DNA from: Copranaerobaculum intestinale
GTDB lineage: Bacteria; Bacillota_I; Bacilli_A; Erysipelotrichales; Erysipelotrichaceae
Assembly (NCBI RefSeq): GCF_009831105.1
Contig: NZ_WUUQ01000008.1
Span: forward strand, 13,831-45,830
Reading direction: 5' to 3'
Length of the DNA stretch: 32,000 nucleotides
This document shows, piece after piece, positions 7,817 through 17,045 of the stretch (positions are counted from its first letter, which is position 1; every line of letters begins with the position of its first letter). Under the pieces are notes generated by a model. That model made no database searches and had not been told where the DNA came from. It saw nothing but the letters and a program-made list of their open reading frames with translations. A program made the position numbers and the translations under genes.

Positions 7817-9334
7817 ATGATCTGTTTACTGGCTGCTCAGCTGCATCAATTGGATCAGCGATCAATGATGCACGGCATATCCACAATCGAGCTTATGGGA
7901 AATGCCGCCAAGGGCATTTACGAGGTCATGCGGGATAAGCATTTGATGAAGCGGGTGATGATCATTTGCGGAGCCGGTAATAACGGCGGGGATGGACTTG
8001 CGCTGGCGGCGCTGTATCATGAATCCTTTGAACAGGTGAGGGTACTGTATGTAGCCAAGCAAGCGCCGATCAGCGAAGCCGCACGATATTATTACAAGCT
8101 TTGTGAGAATCAGAATCTGTTGATTCACGGCGGTGCTGATGTCGTACGGCACTTACAGCAGGATTATGATGTCATCATTGACGGGCTATTCGGCATCGGC
8201 TTATCGAGAGATGTTGATGAGCCCTATGCGTCAGTGATTGAGGCCGTTAATCGAAGCCCTCAAACCATATTGGCAATCGATCTGCCTAGCGGTATTAACA
8301 GTGATGACGGAAAAGTAAAAGGCAGTGCTGTCAAGGCAGATCTGACCGTGACGTTTGTTGCATCAAAACCCGGTCATTGGCTGTATCCCGGTTACCTATA
8401 CAGCAAAGAAGTGTTGGTAAAGGAAATCGGAATACCGCGCTCATGGATAGAAGCGGTATGTCCGGCATTACATGTGATTGATGAGGCAGATCTGAAGAAA
8501 CTGCTGCCGATCCGTCATTCACATTCCCACAAGGGAAGCTATGGCAAGCTGCTGGGTATCGGCGGCAGTCAGGAAATGACCGGAGCGATTCTCATGGCGG
8601 GGGAAGCCGCAATAAGAAGCGGCTGCGGAATGTGTACTTTAGCAGTTCCTGAGCATATGCAGCCAAGTGTACCGCTGTATCTTCCAGAATTTATGAGCAT
8701 TGGACTGCCCCAGGAGGGCATGACAATATCTAAAGCAGCGGCCCAATACTTACAGCCTCGTCTGGCTGCTTATGATGTGATCTTCTGCGGCTGCGGCGGC
8801 GGACGAAGTGACAGCTACACCGATTTGGTACGTATTGTGCTGGATAGTAAAATGGCTTGTGTTATCGATGGTGACGGAATTTACGCTTTACAGTATTTGC
8901 GGGAAGAATTGTTGATGCGTGATCAAATTGTGGTAACCCCGCATGTCAAAGAAATGACTTATTTAATCGATCAAAGCATAGATGAAATAATTGAAGATCC
9001 ATTGCATGCAGCCGATTGTTTTTGTGAACGGTATCCAAACGCGGTTTTGGTATTGAAGAGTGAACGTCCGCTGATTGCCTATAAACAGGAACGTTATTTA
9101 TGTGCTTGGGGAAATCATGCATTAGCCAAGGGTGGAAGCGGTGATGTGCTGTGCGGGTTGATTGCTTCCTTTATCGGACAGGGACTGGATCCATTTCATG
9201 CGGCGATACTCGGATGCGGCATCCATGCCTATACAGCTCACCTGATAATTCAGGACTGTAATGCTCGATCAGTCCTGCCTCATGAAATCAGCGCTTATCT
9301 GAAATATTCCTTCACATCGTTAGAAACAGGATAA
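7817..9334 (+). CDS. nnr: bifunctional NAD(P)H-hydrate repair enzyme (NAD(P)HX epimerase / ADP-dependent dehydratase)
   Basis: The YjeF_N motif CGAGNNGGDG and the C-terminal carbohydrate-kinase motif KGGSGDVLCG are present. ATG 7817 has SD AGAAGGTG 6 nt upstream, and the track's 7808 start is a GTG inside that SD. Confidence 0.88.
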   Translation: MICLLAAQLHQLDQRSMMHGISTIELMGNAAKGIYEVMRDKHLMKRVMIICGAGNNGGDGLALAALYHESFEQVRVLYVAKQAPISEAARYYYKLCENQNLLIHGGADVVRHLQQDYDVIIDGLFGIGLSRDVDEPYASVIEAVNRSPQTILAIDLPSGINSDDGKVKGSAVKADLTVTFVASKPGHWLYPGYLYSKEVLVKEIGIPRSWIEAVCPALHVIDEADLKKLLPIRHSHSHKGSYGKLLGIGGSQEMTGAILMAGEAAIRSGCGMCTLAVPEHMQPSVPLYLPEFMSIGLPQEGMTISKAAAQYLQPRLAAYDVIFCGCGGGRSDSYTDLVRIVLDSKMACVIDGDGIYALQYLREELLMRDQIVVTPHVKEMTYLIDQSIDEIIEDPLHAADCFCERYPNAVLVLKSERPLIAYKQERYLCAWGNHALAKGGSGDVLCGLIASFIGQGLDPFHAAILGCGIHAYTAHLIIQDCNARSVLPHEISAYLKYSFTSLETG

Positions 9335-9492
9335 GGCATTCATCAATCGGTAAGCATCTGGCTTTGTGAAATATACTATTACGAAGAATGTGTTATTGTC
9401 CGGAATCATTCATCATTTAAAAGCCTTCTGTGAGCGATTAGCATATCTCATTACATGATCTATGTTTTATGTATGATCAAGCCGGAAGGTAT

Positions 9493-9521
9493 AAAAAAAG
9501 GAGTGCTGAACACTCCTTTTT
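9493..9521. terminator. bidirectional terminator between convergent nnr and the NlpC/P60 gene
   Basis: Perfect stem AAAAAGGAGTG / CACTCCTTTTT with loop CTGAA. Confidence 0.85.
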
Positions 9522-9529
9522 ACGTTTTA

Positions 9530-10672
9530 CTATTTTCCTACTCGGATAAATACTGGACCAGAGCCAACATATGCTGAAGCGATGACTGTCTGATTACCCT
9601 GCCATCCGCCGTGAACAGCCTGACCGTTGCCGATATAAACTGCAACGTGTGCAACACCTAATCCACCATCTGCATAGTAGATAATGTCACCAGCCTGAGC
9701 CTGAGATGCACTGACGATAGTTCCCAGTGACAGGTAGCCTGCAGGATATGCATGGAAATAAATACCCTGAGAAGCCAATGCGTTTGATACTAATGCAGTA
9801 CAATCCTGATATCTGCCTAATTGGGCAAGTGCTGCACCTGCGATTCCTCCGCCGTAAGCGCTGGAACCAACATTGGAACTGCCGCTGTACTGACCATTGA
9901 GACCGGAAGCAGTCGCTGTTTCTTCAGGTTCTTCTTCCTCTTCTTCTTTAACGGTCACAAACAGCTGGGCAGATGCTTCATTGCCGTTTTTATCAACTGC
10001 TTTGAAGGTTACCGCATAGTTGCCGGCATTTTCTGTATCTACATTACTGTCAATCGTATAATCCAGATCGCCATCGATAATATCATATACGCGGGTTACA
10101 TAATCTTTTGCATTGAAGCTGTCACCTACTGTGATCTCATCGTTCGTTTTCTTTAATTCGATGATTGGTGCAGAATCGTCAGATACGTGCAATTTGAATT
10201 TGTATGTACTGATAACACCAGTGTTGTCATTTTCTTCCTGGACATTGCTGTCTACTGCATTCAGCTTGTACTGATCGGAAATATTGGAACTGCTGGTTTT
10301 CTGAATGTTCACAAATACATCCTGATCACCGGCGATCGTTGCATCATAGTTCTCCAACTGTACATCATAGTTTCCAATTAAGTAGCGAACCGTATTCGGA
10401 TCGTTTGATTCTACTTTAACCGGCATTGCAGTAATGGATACACCATCTTTATAAATGTGATTGACGATCTTGTTAATCACATGGTCATCTCCAACGTTGA
10501 TATTGATTGTATCCTTGTTAAAGGACTTCACCTCTTCTTTAATAGGTGTGATTCCCTTAGAAGGAACATTGCTTTCTGCTTTATCGGTAAATCCTGCTGC
10601 GAAGACAGATGCCATCAGTGCAGGAACCACAAGCAGCGCTTTATAGTTCTTAGCTTCGTTTTTTACGCTCAT
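9530..10672 (-). CDS. secreted cell-wall hydrolase: signal peptide, Ig-like (DUF5011-type) domain, poly-Glu linker and C-terminal NlpC/P60 (C40) peptidase domain
   Basis: The N-terminus has a hydrophobic signal segment (KALLVVPALMASVFAAG). GDLDYTIDSNVDTENAGNYAVTFKAVDKNGNEASA is Ig-like. The C-terminus has the catalytic Cys context YQDCTALV and His context GVAHVAVYIG. Confidence 0.85.
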   Translation of the reverse strand: MSVKNEAKNYKALLVVPALMASVFAAGFTDKAESNVPSKGITPIKEEVKSFNKDTININVGDDHVINKIVNHIYKDGVSITAMPVKVESNDPNTVRYLIGNYDVQLENYDATIAGDQDVFVNIQKTSSSNISDQYKLNAVDSNVQEENDNTGVISTYKFKLHVSDDSAPIIELKKTNDEITVGDSFNAKDYVTRVYDIIDGDLDYTIDSNVDTENAGNYAVTFKAVDKNGNEASAQLFVTVKEEEEEEPEETATASGLNGQYSGSSNVGSSAYGGGIAGAALAQLGRYQDCTALVSNALASQGIYFHAYPAGYLSLGTIVSASQAQAGDIIYYADGGLGVAHVAVYIGNGQAVHGGWQGNQTVIASAYVGSGPVFIRVGK

Positions 10673-10884
10673 TCCAGAACCTCCTTATCACGACCTCCAC
10701 ATTTTATCTTAATTTTTATTTTTTGTAAACCTTTGGGGTAAAAGGTTTATGATTGTGTTTTGTATCCTGATACTTGCTTATAAATTCACAATATCAGAAA
10801 ACCGTATAAACTAAAGGCTTATTTAGGTTTGGCGAAAGAATAACAAAAGAAATTTTAAAGATTATGTTAAATTGTGGGATTCTG

Positions 10885-12132
10885 TTATTTTTGTAAATAT
10901 TCTGGATTATTGTTTAAAAATTTTGATAAGCAGAGAATATGTAAGCGCATAACATTCTCCAAATAATCAACATGAATGATCCTTCCGTGCTTTCTCAGCT
11001 CATATAAAAACTGATTATTCTCATAGGGAATTACAAATTCAGCTTCTACCAAAGGACCGTATAGACGTTCACAAATCACATCCAGCAGCATTTCAATACC
11101 GTTTACATGAGCTGCGCTGATCGTCAAGGTATCCACCGATTTCCGCGGCCATTCAATATCGCATCGGTCGGCCTTGTTGAAAATGGTAATCATGGGAATG
11201 GCAGATGCGCCAAGCTGCTGTAAGGTTGAACGGGTTACCTCACATTGTTCTTCATAGTGAGGATCACTGCGGTCGACCACCTGAACCAACAGATCGGCAT
11301 CCTTGATATCTTCTAAGGTTGCGTGGAATGCTTCGATTAATTCATGGGGAAGATTGCTGACAAAACCGACGGTATCGGTAAGCAGGAACTGTTGAAACTC
11401 TGAGTAAACAATATGGCGAACGCTTGTTTCCAAGGTCGCAAACAGCATATTCTCGGCGTAGACCTGTTTTTCTTCATTGCTTCCGCAGTATTTCAGCACT
11501 TCATTCATAATCGTTGACTTACCGGCATTGGTATAACCGATGAGGGCAACCAAGGGCAGCTGGGAGCGGGAACGCGCTTTTTTGCGGACGCTGCGCTGAG
11601 CTTCCAAGGCTTTCAAAGCACGATTAACATCAGCCAACCGCTTTTTGATATGCCTGCGATCTACTTCGATCTGTTTCTCACCCTGGCCTTTATTTTTCCC
11701 GCCGCGCTGCCGTCCTAATGCTTGATAGCCTCCGGCTAATCGCGGCAGCTCATTCTTTAGCTGAGCGGCTTCAATTTGCAGCTGTGCTTCTCGGGAACGG
11801 GCTCGATCGTGGAAAATTTCCAAGATCAGCTGCGTGCGGTCAAGAATCGGTATCTTCCAATAATTTGTCAAATTACGGTGTTGAAGCGGGGAGAGCGGAT
11901 TCATAAACAGCACCAGCGTAATTTCGTCATGCGTTTGTAAATATTCCTGAATTTCATTAACTTTGCCGCTGCCAAGCAAAGTGGCAGTCACAAAATGTTC
12001 CAGCTTTTGATTCACCGCGTCGACAATCGCTATTTGATCTGCCTCTGCATACATCTCATCAATTTGCGCAGGTTCATACGTTTGCGCATCACTGGATGCA
12101 TAAATCAACAGGGCCTGTTCCAAGTCCATCAA
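10885..12132 (-). CDS. hflX: GTPase HflX
   Basis: The HflX N-domain is followed by G motifs GYTNAGKST, LTDTVGF and NKAD. The start is either TTG 12132 or the adjacent in-frame ATG 12129, with SD AAAGGAGA upstream. Confidence 0.92.
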   Translation of the reverse strand: MMDLEQALLIYASSDAQTYEPAQIDEMYAEADQIAIVDAVNQKLEHFVTATLLGSGKVNEIQEYLQTHDEITLVLFMNPLSPLQHRNLTNYWKIPILDRTQLILEIFHDRARSREAQLQIEAAQLKNELPRLAGGYQALGRQRGGKNKGQGEKQIEVDRRHIKKRLADVNRALKALEAQRSVRKKARSRSQLPLVALIGYTNAGKSTIMNEVLKYCGSNEEKQVYAENMLFATLETSVRHIVYSEFQQFLLTDTVGFVSNLPHELIEAFHATLEDIKDADLLVQVVDRSDPHYEEQCEVTRSTLQQLGASAIPMITIFNKADRCDIEWPRKSVDTLTISAAHVNGIEMLLDVICERLYGPLVEAEFVIPYENNQFLYELRKHGRIIHVDYLENVMRLHILCLSKFLNNNPEYLQK

Positions 12133-12244
12133 GCATCATCTCCTTTAAATTGCATGGTTATTCATTAAAATTCTCTTTTCCTAGTATTATGATAATTAAC
12201 GAGAATTATACATAATGGTCTTTCCTATATAATATACGGGGTTA

Positions 12245-12967
12245 TTAAGAATACTCCTGATTCAAATTCTTCTTATATATCTCAGCGCTTTCTTCTTCAT
12301 TGATCATATGATTTTCAACCATTGCTTTCAGCACTTCTTTCTGTCGTATCCTGGCTTCCTTATAGCCGCTGCTCAGCTGATAAACAGCCGGTGCCTGCGG
12401 AAGTCCGGCTAGCAGCGACGCTTCAGCCGCATTCAGCTCGCTCGGTGATTTATGAAAGTAACCCTGTGCGGCTTCCTGAATGCCGTAATACCCGTCGCCG
12501 AAGTAGATTACGTTCAGATAAAGCTCCAGAATCTGATTTTTAGTAAGTGTCCCTTCTAGGTCATGGACAAAGAATAACTCCGCGGTCTTGCGGGTAAAGT
12601 GTTTGTCCTGATCCAGATAGATATTTTTAGCCAGCTGCTGTGTGATCGTACTGCCTCCCATGGCTAATTTTTTTTCTTTTAAATTGGTAATGCCTGCTTC
12701 CAGTATATTGGATAATAGTACCCCATGATGGGAATAGAAGGGAGGGTCTTCGATCGCAATGATAGCGTCGAGAAACACCGGACTGATATCACTGATTCTC
12801 ACATAGGTCTTTTTCTTTTGAATCGCAGTGATTTTATCCGGCAGCGGCTGTTCACTTATCAGCGTACGGTATCGTATGAAGCCGATAGATACGATCGAGG
12901 TGATCCACGTTATACATATGATCAAGATAGTGAGCAGTACTTTTTTCCAGGTAATATGCTTCTTCAC
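12245..12967 (-). CDS. monofunctional peptidoglycan glycosyltransferase (GT51 transglycosylase domain protein)
   Basis: An N-terminal TM anchor is followed by GT51 motifs IAIEDPPFYSHHGV, GGSTITQQLAKN and RKTAELF. The start is GTG with SD GGAGGTG 5 nt upstream. Confidence 0.85.
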   Translation of the reverse strand: MKKHITWKKVLLTILIICITWITSIVSIGFIRYRTLISEQPLPDKITAIQKKKTYVRISDISPVFLDAIIAIEDPPFYSHHGVLLSNILEAGITNLKEKKLAMGGSTITQQLAKNIYLDQDKHFTRKTAELFFVHDLEGTLTKNQILELYLNVIYFGDGYYGIQEAAQGYFHKSPSELNAAEASLLAGLPQAPAVYQLSSGYKEARIRQKEVLKAMVENHMINEEESAEIYKKNLNQEYS

Positions 12968-12990
12968 GTATCACACCTCCAACGTTCGCT

Positions 12991-12999
12991 ATTATAGCA
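12991..12999 (-). promoter_or_regulatory. extended -10 element (minus strand TGCTATAAT) for the transglycosylase gene
   Basis: Plus strand reads ATTATAGCA, 24 nt upstream of the GTG start. Confidence 0.5.
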
Positions 13000-13113
13000 C
13001 AAGATCATCAAATAAATTTGGGAAATTCTGTGTTGAATCTACCAAAACTGTTATTTTGATTGCCCCCATGAAGATTTTTCGATATACTGAGTACAGTTGT
13101 GGAGGTTACATAT

Positions 13114-13953
13114 ATGGTAAAAACAATCATCGGCGGTATCGCAGTCGGCATCGCCAATGTTATTCCCGGAGTAAGCGGCGGCACCATGATGGTTATTCTG
13201 GGTATCTTTAACCGTGTAATGGATGCGATATCCGGTATCTTTAAGCGGCATAATCCTGATCGGATGAAGGATATTCTGTTTCTGTTTCAAGTATTGGTCG
13301 GCGCAGCGATCGGATTGGTCGGCTTTGCGAAAATCATTCAGTTCTTGTTTAATCATTATCCGACTCAGACGTATTACTGGTTCATCGGTCTGGTGGCATT
13401 CAGTATTCCGGTGTTCATGAAAGCTGAGTGCAAGGGTGAAAAAATATCTTGGCTTCCTTTGATGATCGGCGCAGCGATTGTCTTTGTCATTAAATTTCTA
13501 GCTCCTGATGCAGGCAGCGGGAATGTGAATCCGGCGTTTCCTGATATTACGCTGATGCACTGTCTTATCATGATCCTGTGCGGGGCAGTTGCCGGAGGAA
13601 CGATGTTATTACCAGGTGTGAGCGGATCGATGGTACTATTGATCTTCGGACAGTATCATCTGTTTAAATCTTATTTGGCCAGTGTTACAACATTTCAGTT
13701 GGATGTGCTGATTTCCTTGTTCTTCATGGGAATCGGAATCCTGTTGGGGATTGTCATCAGTGCGAAGCTTACCGGATATTTTCTTAAAAAGTATCACCGC
13801 GGTACGTTAAGTGTGATCCTGGGATTAATCATCGCCAGTTCGATTGTGCTGATACCGCTTGATGTCACTTACTCGTTCAGTACGATTGTCACTTGCGGCG
13901 GCTCACTTCTGTTCGGTGGCTTTTTGGTTTATCTGCTTGAAAAAATTGCGTAG
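13114..13953 (+). CDS. DUF368 family membrane protein (PopT-type undecaprenyl-phosphate translocase family)
   Basis: The DUF368 motif is duplicated: NVIPGVSGGTMMVILG and MLLPGVSGSMVLLIFG. About 8 TM segments. ATG 13114 has SD GGAGG 8 nt upstream. Confidence 0.8.
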   Translation: MVKTIIGGIAVGIANVIPGVSGGTMMVILGIFNRVMDAISGIFKRHNPDRMKDILFLFQVLVGAAIGLVGFAKIIQFLFNHYPTQTYYWFIGLVAFSIPVFMKAECKGEKISWLPLMIGAAIVFVIKFLAPDAGSGNVNPAFPDITLMHCLIMILCGAVAGGTMLLPGVSGSMVLLIFGQYHLFKSYLASVTTFQLDVLISLFFMGIGILLGIVISAKLTGYFLKKYHRGTLSVILGLIIASSIVLIPLDVTYSFSTIVTCGGSLLFGGFLVYLLEKIA

Positions 13954-13981
13954 TCCTGCTGCTGTCAGCGGGACTTTTTCT
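13953..13981 (+). terminator. rho-independent terminator
   Basis: Stem GTCCTGCTG / CAGCGGGAC (one G-U pair), loop CTGT, then TTTTT. Confidence 0.75.
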
Positions 13982-14018
13982 TTCTCTGTATGAATATATA
14001 TGAAAGAGGGAGGATCGT

Positions 14019-15359
14019 ATGCTGGATAAACTTTGGATGATCAATACAGCGGTGAATCATTTTGTATGGGGACCGTTCATGCTGGTGCTGCTTTTGGGGA
14101 TCGGACTGTGGCTGACGGTCCGTACCGGTTTTCTGCCGCTACGCAAATGCGGACTGATCTTTTCAAAAACGCTTGGATCGCTGTTTCACAAGCAAGATCG
14201 AAGTAAGGGAATCACACCTTTTCAGGCCGTATCTACGGCGCTTGCCGGAACCCTGGGAGTCGGCAGTGTGGTCGGCGTGGCAACCGCTATTACAACCGGC
14301 GGTCCGGGCGCGGTGTTTTGGATGTGGATCAGCGCTCTTTTTGGCATGATGATCAAGTATGGGGAGGTTATCCTTTCGGTACATTTTCGTAACCGTGAAA
14401 AGGACGGCACCTATATTGGCGGTCCGATGACAACTTTAGAAAACGGCTGTCATATGAAATTTTTAGGGGTATTGTTTGCCCTGCTATGTATTTTTGCATC
14501 CTTTGGCATCGGCAATGCGGCTCCGTCCAATACGATTGCGGTAACGTTTCATTCCTACTTTGGCGTAAGCCCGATGATCTGCGGTATTGGCGCGGCGGTC
14601 TTAGTCGGAATTGTTATCATCGGAAAAGCGGGCCGAATCATGCGGGTGAATGAAATTTTTGTGCCGGTTCTTTCCATATTATATATAGGGGCTTCCTTAT
14701 ATTTGATCGCCGCCCGTTTGGAATTTATCGGACCTGCGTTTCAAATGATCATCAAAGATGCGTTTACATTGCCATCAGCGGTTGGAGGAACCAGCGGCTA
14801 TATGATTTCCAAAGCTATGCATTACGGCATTTCAAGAGGAGTTTTTTCCAATGAAGCGGGCATGGGCAGCGCACCGATTGCGCATGCTTCGGTCGCGAAT
14901 GTCAATGCGGTCGAGCAAGGCTTCTGGGGTATCTTCGAGGTGTTTTTTGATACGATTGTTATCTGTACAATTTCTGCAATGGTCATTATGACGTCACCGT
15001 ATTTTGGCAGTATGTTAGATGGAGTACAAATGACGGTTATGTGTTTTGTTGATGGCTTTGGACACTGGGGCGGGGTACTATTCGCATTTGCGATTGCTTC
15101 GTTTGCCTTATCTTCGATTTTGGGATGGTATTATTATGCGGTGCAGTGTATTCGCTATCTGTTTACCTCACCGTTCATGCTGTTGATTTATAAAATACTG
15201 TTTTTAGCGGTAATCATAATCGGTGCATGTGCACATCTGGATCTGGTATGGGAAGTTGCGGATACTTTGAACGGTCTTATGAGCTTACCGAATCTTTTGT
15301 CTTTGATCCTTTTGTATCGGATCATACTTCGCTATACCGATGATTATTTACGTAAATAG
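14019..15359 (+). CDS. alanine/glycine:cation symporter (AGCS family)
   Basis: 446 aa polytopic protein with GGPGAVFWMWISALFGM and SNEAGMGSAPIAHA, which are AGCS signatures. SD GAGGGAGG is present. Confidence 0.88.
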   Translation: MLDKLWMINTAVNHFVWGPFMLVLLLGIGLWLTVRTGFLPLRKCGLIFSKTLGSLFHKQDRSKGITPFQAVSTALAGTLGVGSVVGVATAITTGGPGAVFWMWISALFGMMIKYGEVILSVHFRNREKDGTYIGGPMTTLENGCHMKFLGVLFALLCIFASFGIGNAAPSNTIAVTFHSYFGVSPMICGIGAAVLVGIVIIGKAGRIMRVNEIFVPVLSILYIGASLYLIAARLEFIGPAFQMIIKDAFTLPSAVGGTSGYMISKAMHYGISRGVFSNEAGMGSAPIAHASVANVNAVEQGFWGIFEVFFDTIVICTISAMVIMTSPYFGSMLDGVQMTVMCFVDGFGHWGGVLFAFAIASFALSSILGWYYYAVQCIRYLFTSPFMLLIYKILFLAVIIIGACAHLDLVWEVADTLNGLMSLPNLLSLILLYRIILRYTDDYLRK

Positions 15360-15439
15360 CTTTAAATCTGTACGTTTCGGCAACTTTCATCTATGGTATA
15401 ATAGAAAAAAGCGTACTCATTCAGATATGAGGTGATAAA

Positions 15440-16573
15440 ATGAAAATTGTTGTAGCGTGTGATTCTTATAAGGGATGCATGTATTCAAAAGAAGTTGCGC
15501 AGCATATTGAGAATGGAATTTTAAAACAGAATCCACATCATGAGGTGTGGAAGTATACGATTGCGGATGGCGGTGAAGGTACTGTTTCAGCATTTTGCGA
15601 TACCTGCGGCGGTCAGCTGATCGAGGTTTCTACAGTTGATGCCTATATGAAAAAAATCAAAGCACAGTACACCCTGATCGATCAGGGGCAAACCGCGGTC
15701 ATGGAAGCGGCCAATATCATCGGTCTGAATATGTATCCCCGTGAAAAACGGGCGCCGCTGTTTGCCTGCAGCTATGGATTAGGAGTTGTGCTGTTGGACG
15801 CGGTGAAGCGCGGGGTTAAAAAGGTTATCATCGGTCTGGGCGGAACTGCCACCAATGATGGAGGCATGGGCATGCTGATGGCATTGGGGGTTCGGTTTTT
15901 CGATGAAAATCATAAGCCACTGCCGGCGCAGGCTTTATCCTTGGAAAAGATCCACTACATTGACTTCAATCGAATGCATAAAATGAATGTAGAGTTGATA
16001 GCCGCATGTGATGTTGCAAATCATCTGCTGGGAGAGCAGGGAGCGACTCATGTATTTGGCAAGCAAAAAGGGCTGTATCCCAATCAGATTAAGAAAATTG
16101 AACGGGGGATGGAAAATTATCGTTTTCAGCTACAGCGTTATTTAAAGGTTGATATCAATACGTTTGAAGGCGGCGGTGCGGCCGGTGGTATCGGGGCGAT
16201 TTTGATCGGCATGCTTCATGCGAAGATGGTTCCGGGCATAAAGCTGTTACTTGGTTACAGTAATTTGGAAGAAAAAGTAGCTCATTGTGATCTGGTCATC
16301 ACCGGGGAGGGTCAAACGGATAAGCAGACAAAATTCGGTAAAGTACCAGTGGGTATTTTAACGGTTGCGAACCGTTACCATAAGCCGACCATCTGTATCA
16401 GCGGAGCGCTGGGACTGGGGTATCAGGATTTGTATGAGCTTGGCTTTATCGGTTTGTTCAGTATTTCCGATCGGGCGATGACCTTTCAGCAAGCGCTGGA
16501 TAACGCACCTGCAAAATTGGAAGCCGCAACCTTTGCGATCATAAATACGATTGACAAAATAAAACATTTCTAA
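15440..16573 (+). CDS. glycerate kinase
   Basis: MKIVVACDSYKGCM..., ADGGEGT and GLGGTATNDGGMGM match the glycerate kinase (GlxK/GarK) family. Confidence 0.88.
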   Translation: MKIVVACDSYKGCMYSKEVAQHIENGILKQNPHHEVWKYTIADGGEGTVSAFCDTCGGQLIEVSTVDAYMKKIKAQYTLIDQGQTAVMEAANIIGLNMYPREKRAPLFACSYGLGVVLLDAVKRGVKKVIIGLGGTATNDGGMGMLMALGVRFFDENHKPLPAQALSLEKIHYIDFNRMHKMNVELIAACDVANHLLGEQGATHVFGKQKGLYPNQIKKIERGMENYRFQLQRYLKVDINTFEGGGAAGGIGAILIGMLHAKMVPGIKLLLGYSNLEEKVAHCDLVITGEGQTDKQTKFGKVPVGILTVANRYHKPTICISGALGLGYQDLYELGFIGLFSISDRAMTFQQALDNAPAKLEAATFAIINTIDKIKHF

Positions 16574-16589
16574 GGAAGTGTTTTTTTTT
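16561..16589 (+). terminator. rho-independent terminator overlapping the glycerate kinase stop codon
   Basis: Stem AAAACATTTC / GAAGTGTTTT (one G-U pair), loop TAAG, followed by a T run to 16589. Confidence 0.65.
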
Positions 16590-16611
16590 GAGCGAAAATG
16601 GATAAACAATA

Positions 16612-16639
16612 TTGACATTTATCAGAAATTTCATATAAT
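16612..16639 (+). promoter_or_regulatory. near-consensus sigmaA promoter TTGACA-16-TATAAT of the arsR-family/ATPase operon
   Basis: -35 TTGACA at 16612-16617 and -10 TATAAT at 16634-16639. Confidence 0.7.
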
Positions 16640-16661
16640 GAACATATGAATACATGTTCAT
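16638..16661 (+). promoter_or_regulatory. inverted repeat ATGAACAT-N8-ATGTTCAT, probable ArsR/SmtB-family operator
   Basis: A perfect 8-bp inverted repeat overlaps the last 2 nt of the -10 and covers the predicted transcription start. The TGAACA...TGTTCA core resembles CzrA/CadC-type operators. Confidence 0.7.
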
Positions 16662-16682
16662 ATGTAAAAGTGAGGTAAGCAC

Positions 16683-17042
16683 ATGGAAGATAAAAGTTTA
16701 TTGTGTGACGTGACATACGTCCATGAAGATAAAGTAGCACGGGTGAAAAGTCATAAGCTCAAGAAAGAGCAATACGAAGACCTTTCGGCTCTGTTCAAGA
16801 TGTTCGCCGATCCAACCAGACTGAAGCTGCTGAGTGCACTATTTCAGGAAGAACTTTGTGTCTGTGATCTAAGTGAGCTGCTGAATATGACACAGTCAGC
16901 GGTTTCGCATCAGTTGAGTGTGCTGAAAGCGAATCGGCTGGTGAAATCGCGGCGCAGCGGAAAAAATATCTATTACGCGCTTGATGATGAACATATTCAG
17001 CATATATTTAACGCTGGATTAGAACATATATTGGAGGGATAG
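16683..17042 (+). CDS. ArsR/SmtB family metal-sensing transcriptional repressor
   Basis: FKMFADPTRLKLLSALFQEELCVCDLSELLNMTQSAVSHQLSVLKANRLV is the ArsR winged-HTH with a CVC alpha3 metal site. Confidence 0.9.
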   Translation: MEDKSLLCDVTYVHEDKVARVKSHKLKKEQYEDLSALFKMFADPTRLKLLSALFQEELCVCDLSELLNMTQSAVSHQLSVLKANRLVKSRRSGKNIYYALDDEHIQHIFNAGLEHILEG

Positions 17043-17045
17043 TAT

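Noticed and set aside
9335-9492. About 160-nt untranslated stretch between the nnr stop and its terminator, considered as a possible sRNA or 6S-like RNA
   Set aside because: No extended end-to-end complementarity, promoter, or conserved motif is visible. It is probably just a 3' UTR or spacer.
9919-9950. TTC/CTC-rich low-complexity DNA inside the NlpC/P60 gene
   Set aside because: It encodes the poly-Glu interdomain linker (KEEEEEEPEE). It is an ordinary acidic linker, not a regulatory or mobile repeat.
10749-10814. 21-codon hydrophobic small ORF (MIVFCILILAYKFTISENRIN) on the plus strand, considered as a possible type I toxin-like peptide
   Set aside because: The only SD-like sequence (AAAGG) is 3 nt from the ATG, which is too close. 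The ORF is very short, and I could not identify a promoter or an antitoxin RNA feature.
10673-10884. Looked for a cyclic-di-AMP (ydaO-type) riboswitch or other leader RNA upstream of the NlpC/P60 hydrolase gene. Also examined the hairpin AAACCTTT-GGGGTA-AAAGGTTT (10727-10748).
   Set aside because: I could not recognise the ydaO conserved core. The hairpin is short, AU-rich, and has no U tract in the hflX direction. The region is best explained as an AT-rich promoter/5' UTR with two SD-like motifs.
12995-13007. 13-nt identity TAGCACAAGATCA, shared with 28812-28824, upstream of both the transglycosylase and GDPD genes
   Set aside because: Half of the match is the extended -10 element (TGCTAnAAT on the minus strand). 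With about 64 kb of two-strand sequence, tens of chance 13-mer pairs are expected. This is not sufficient evidence for a shared operator, although the common position makes it worth a glance in comparative data.
13954-14018. Looked for a glycine riboswitch upstream of the Ala/Gly:cation symporter
   Set aside because: The gap is 65 nt and mostly occupied by the upstream terminator and the SD. There is no room for a glycine aptamer.
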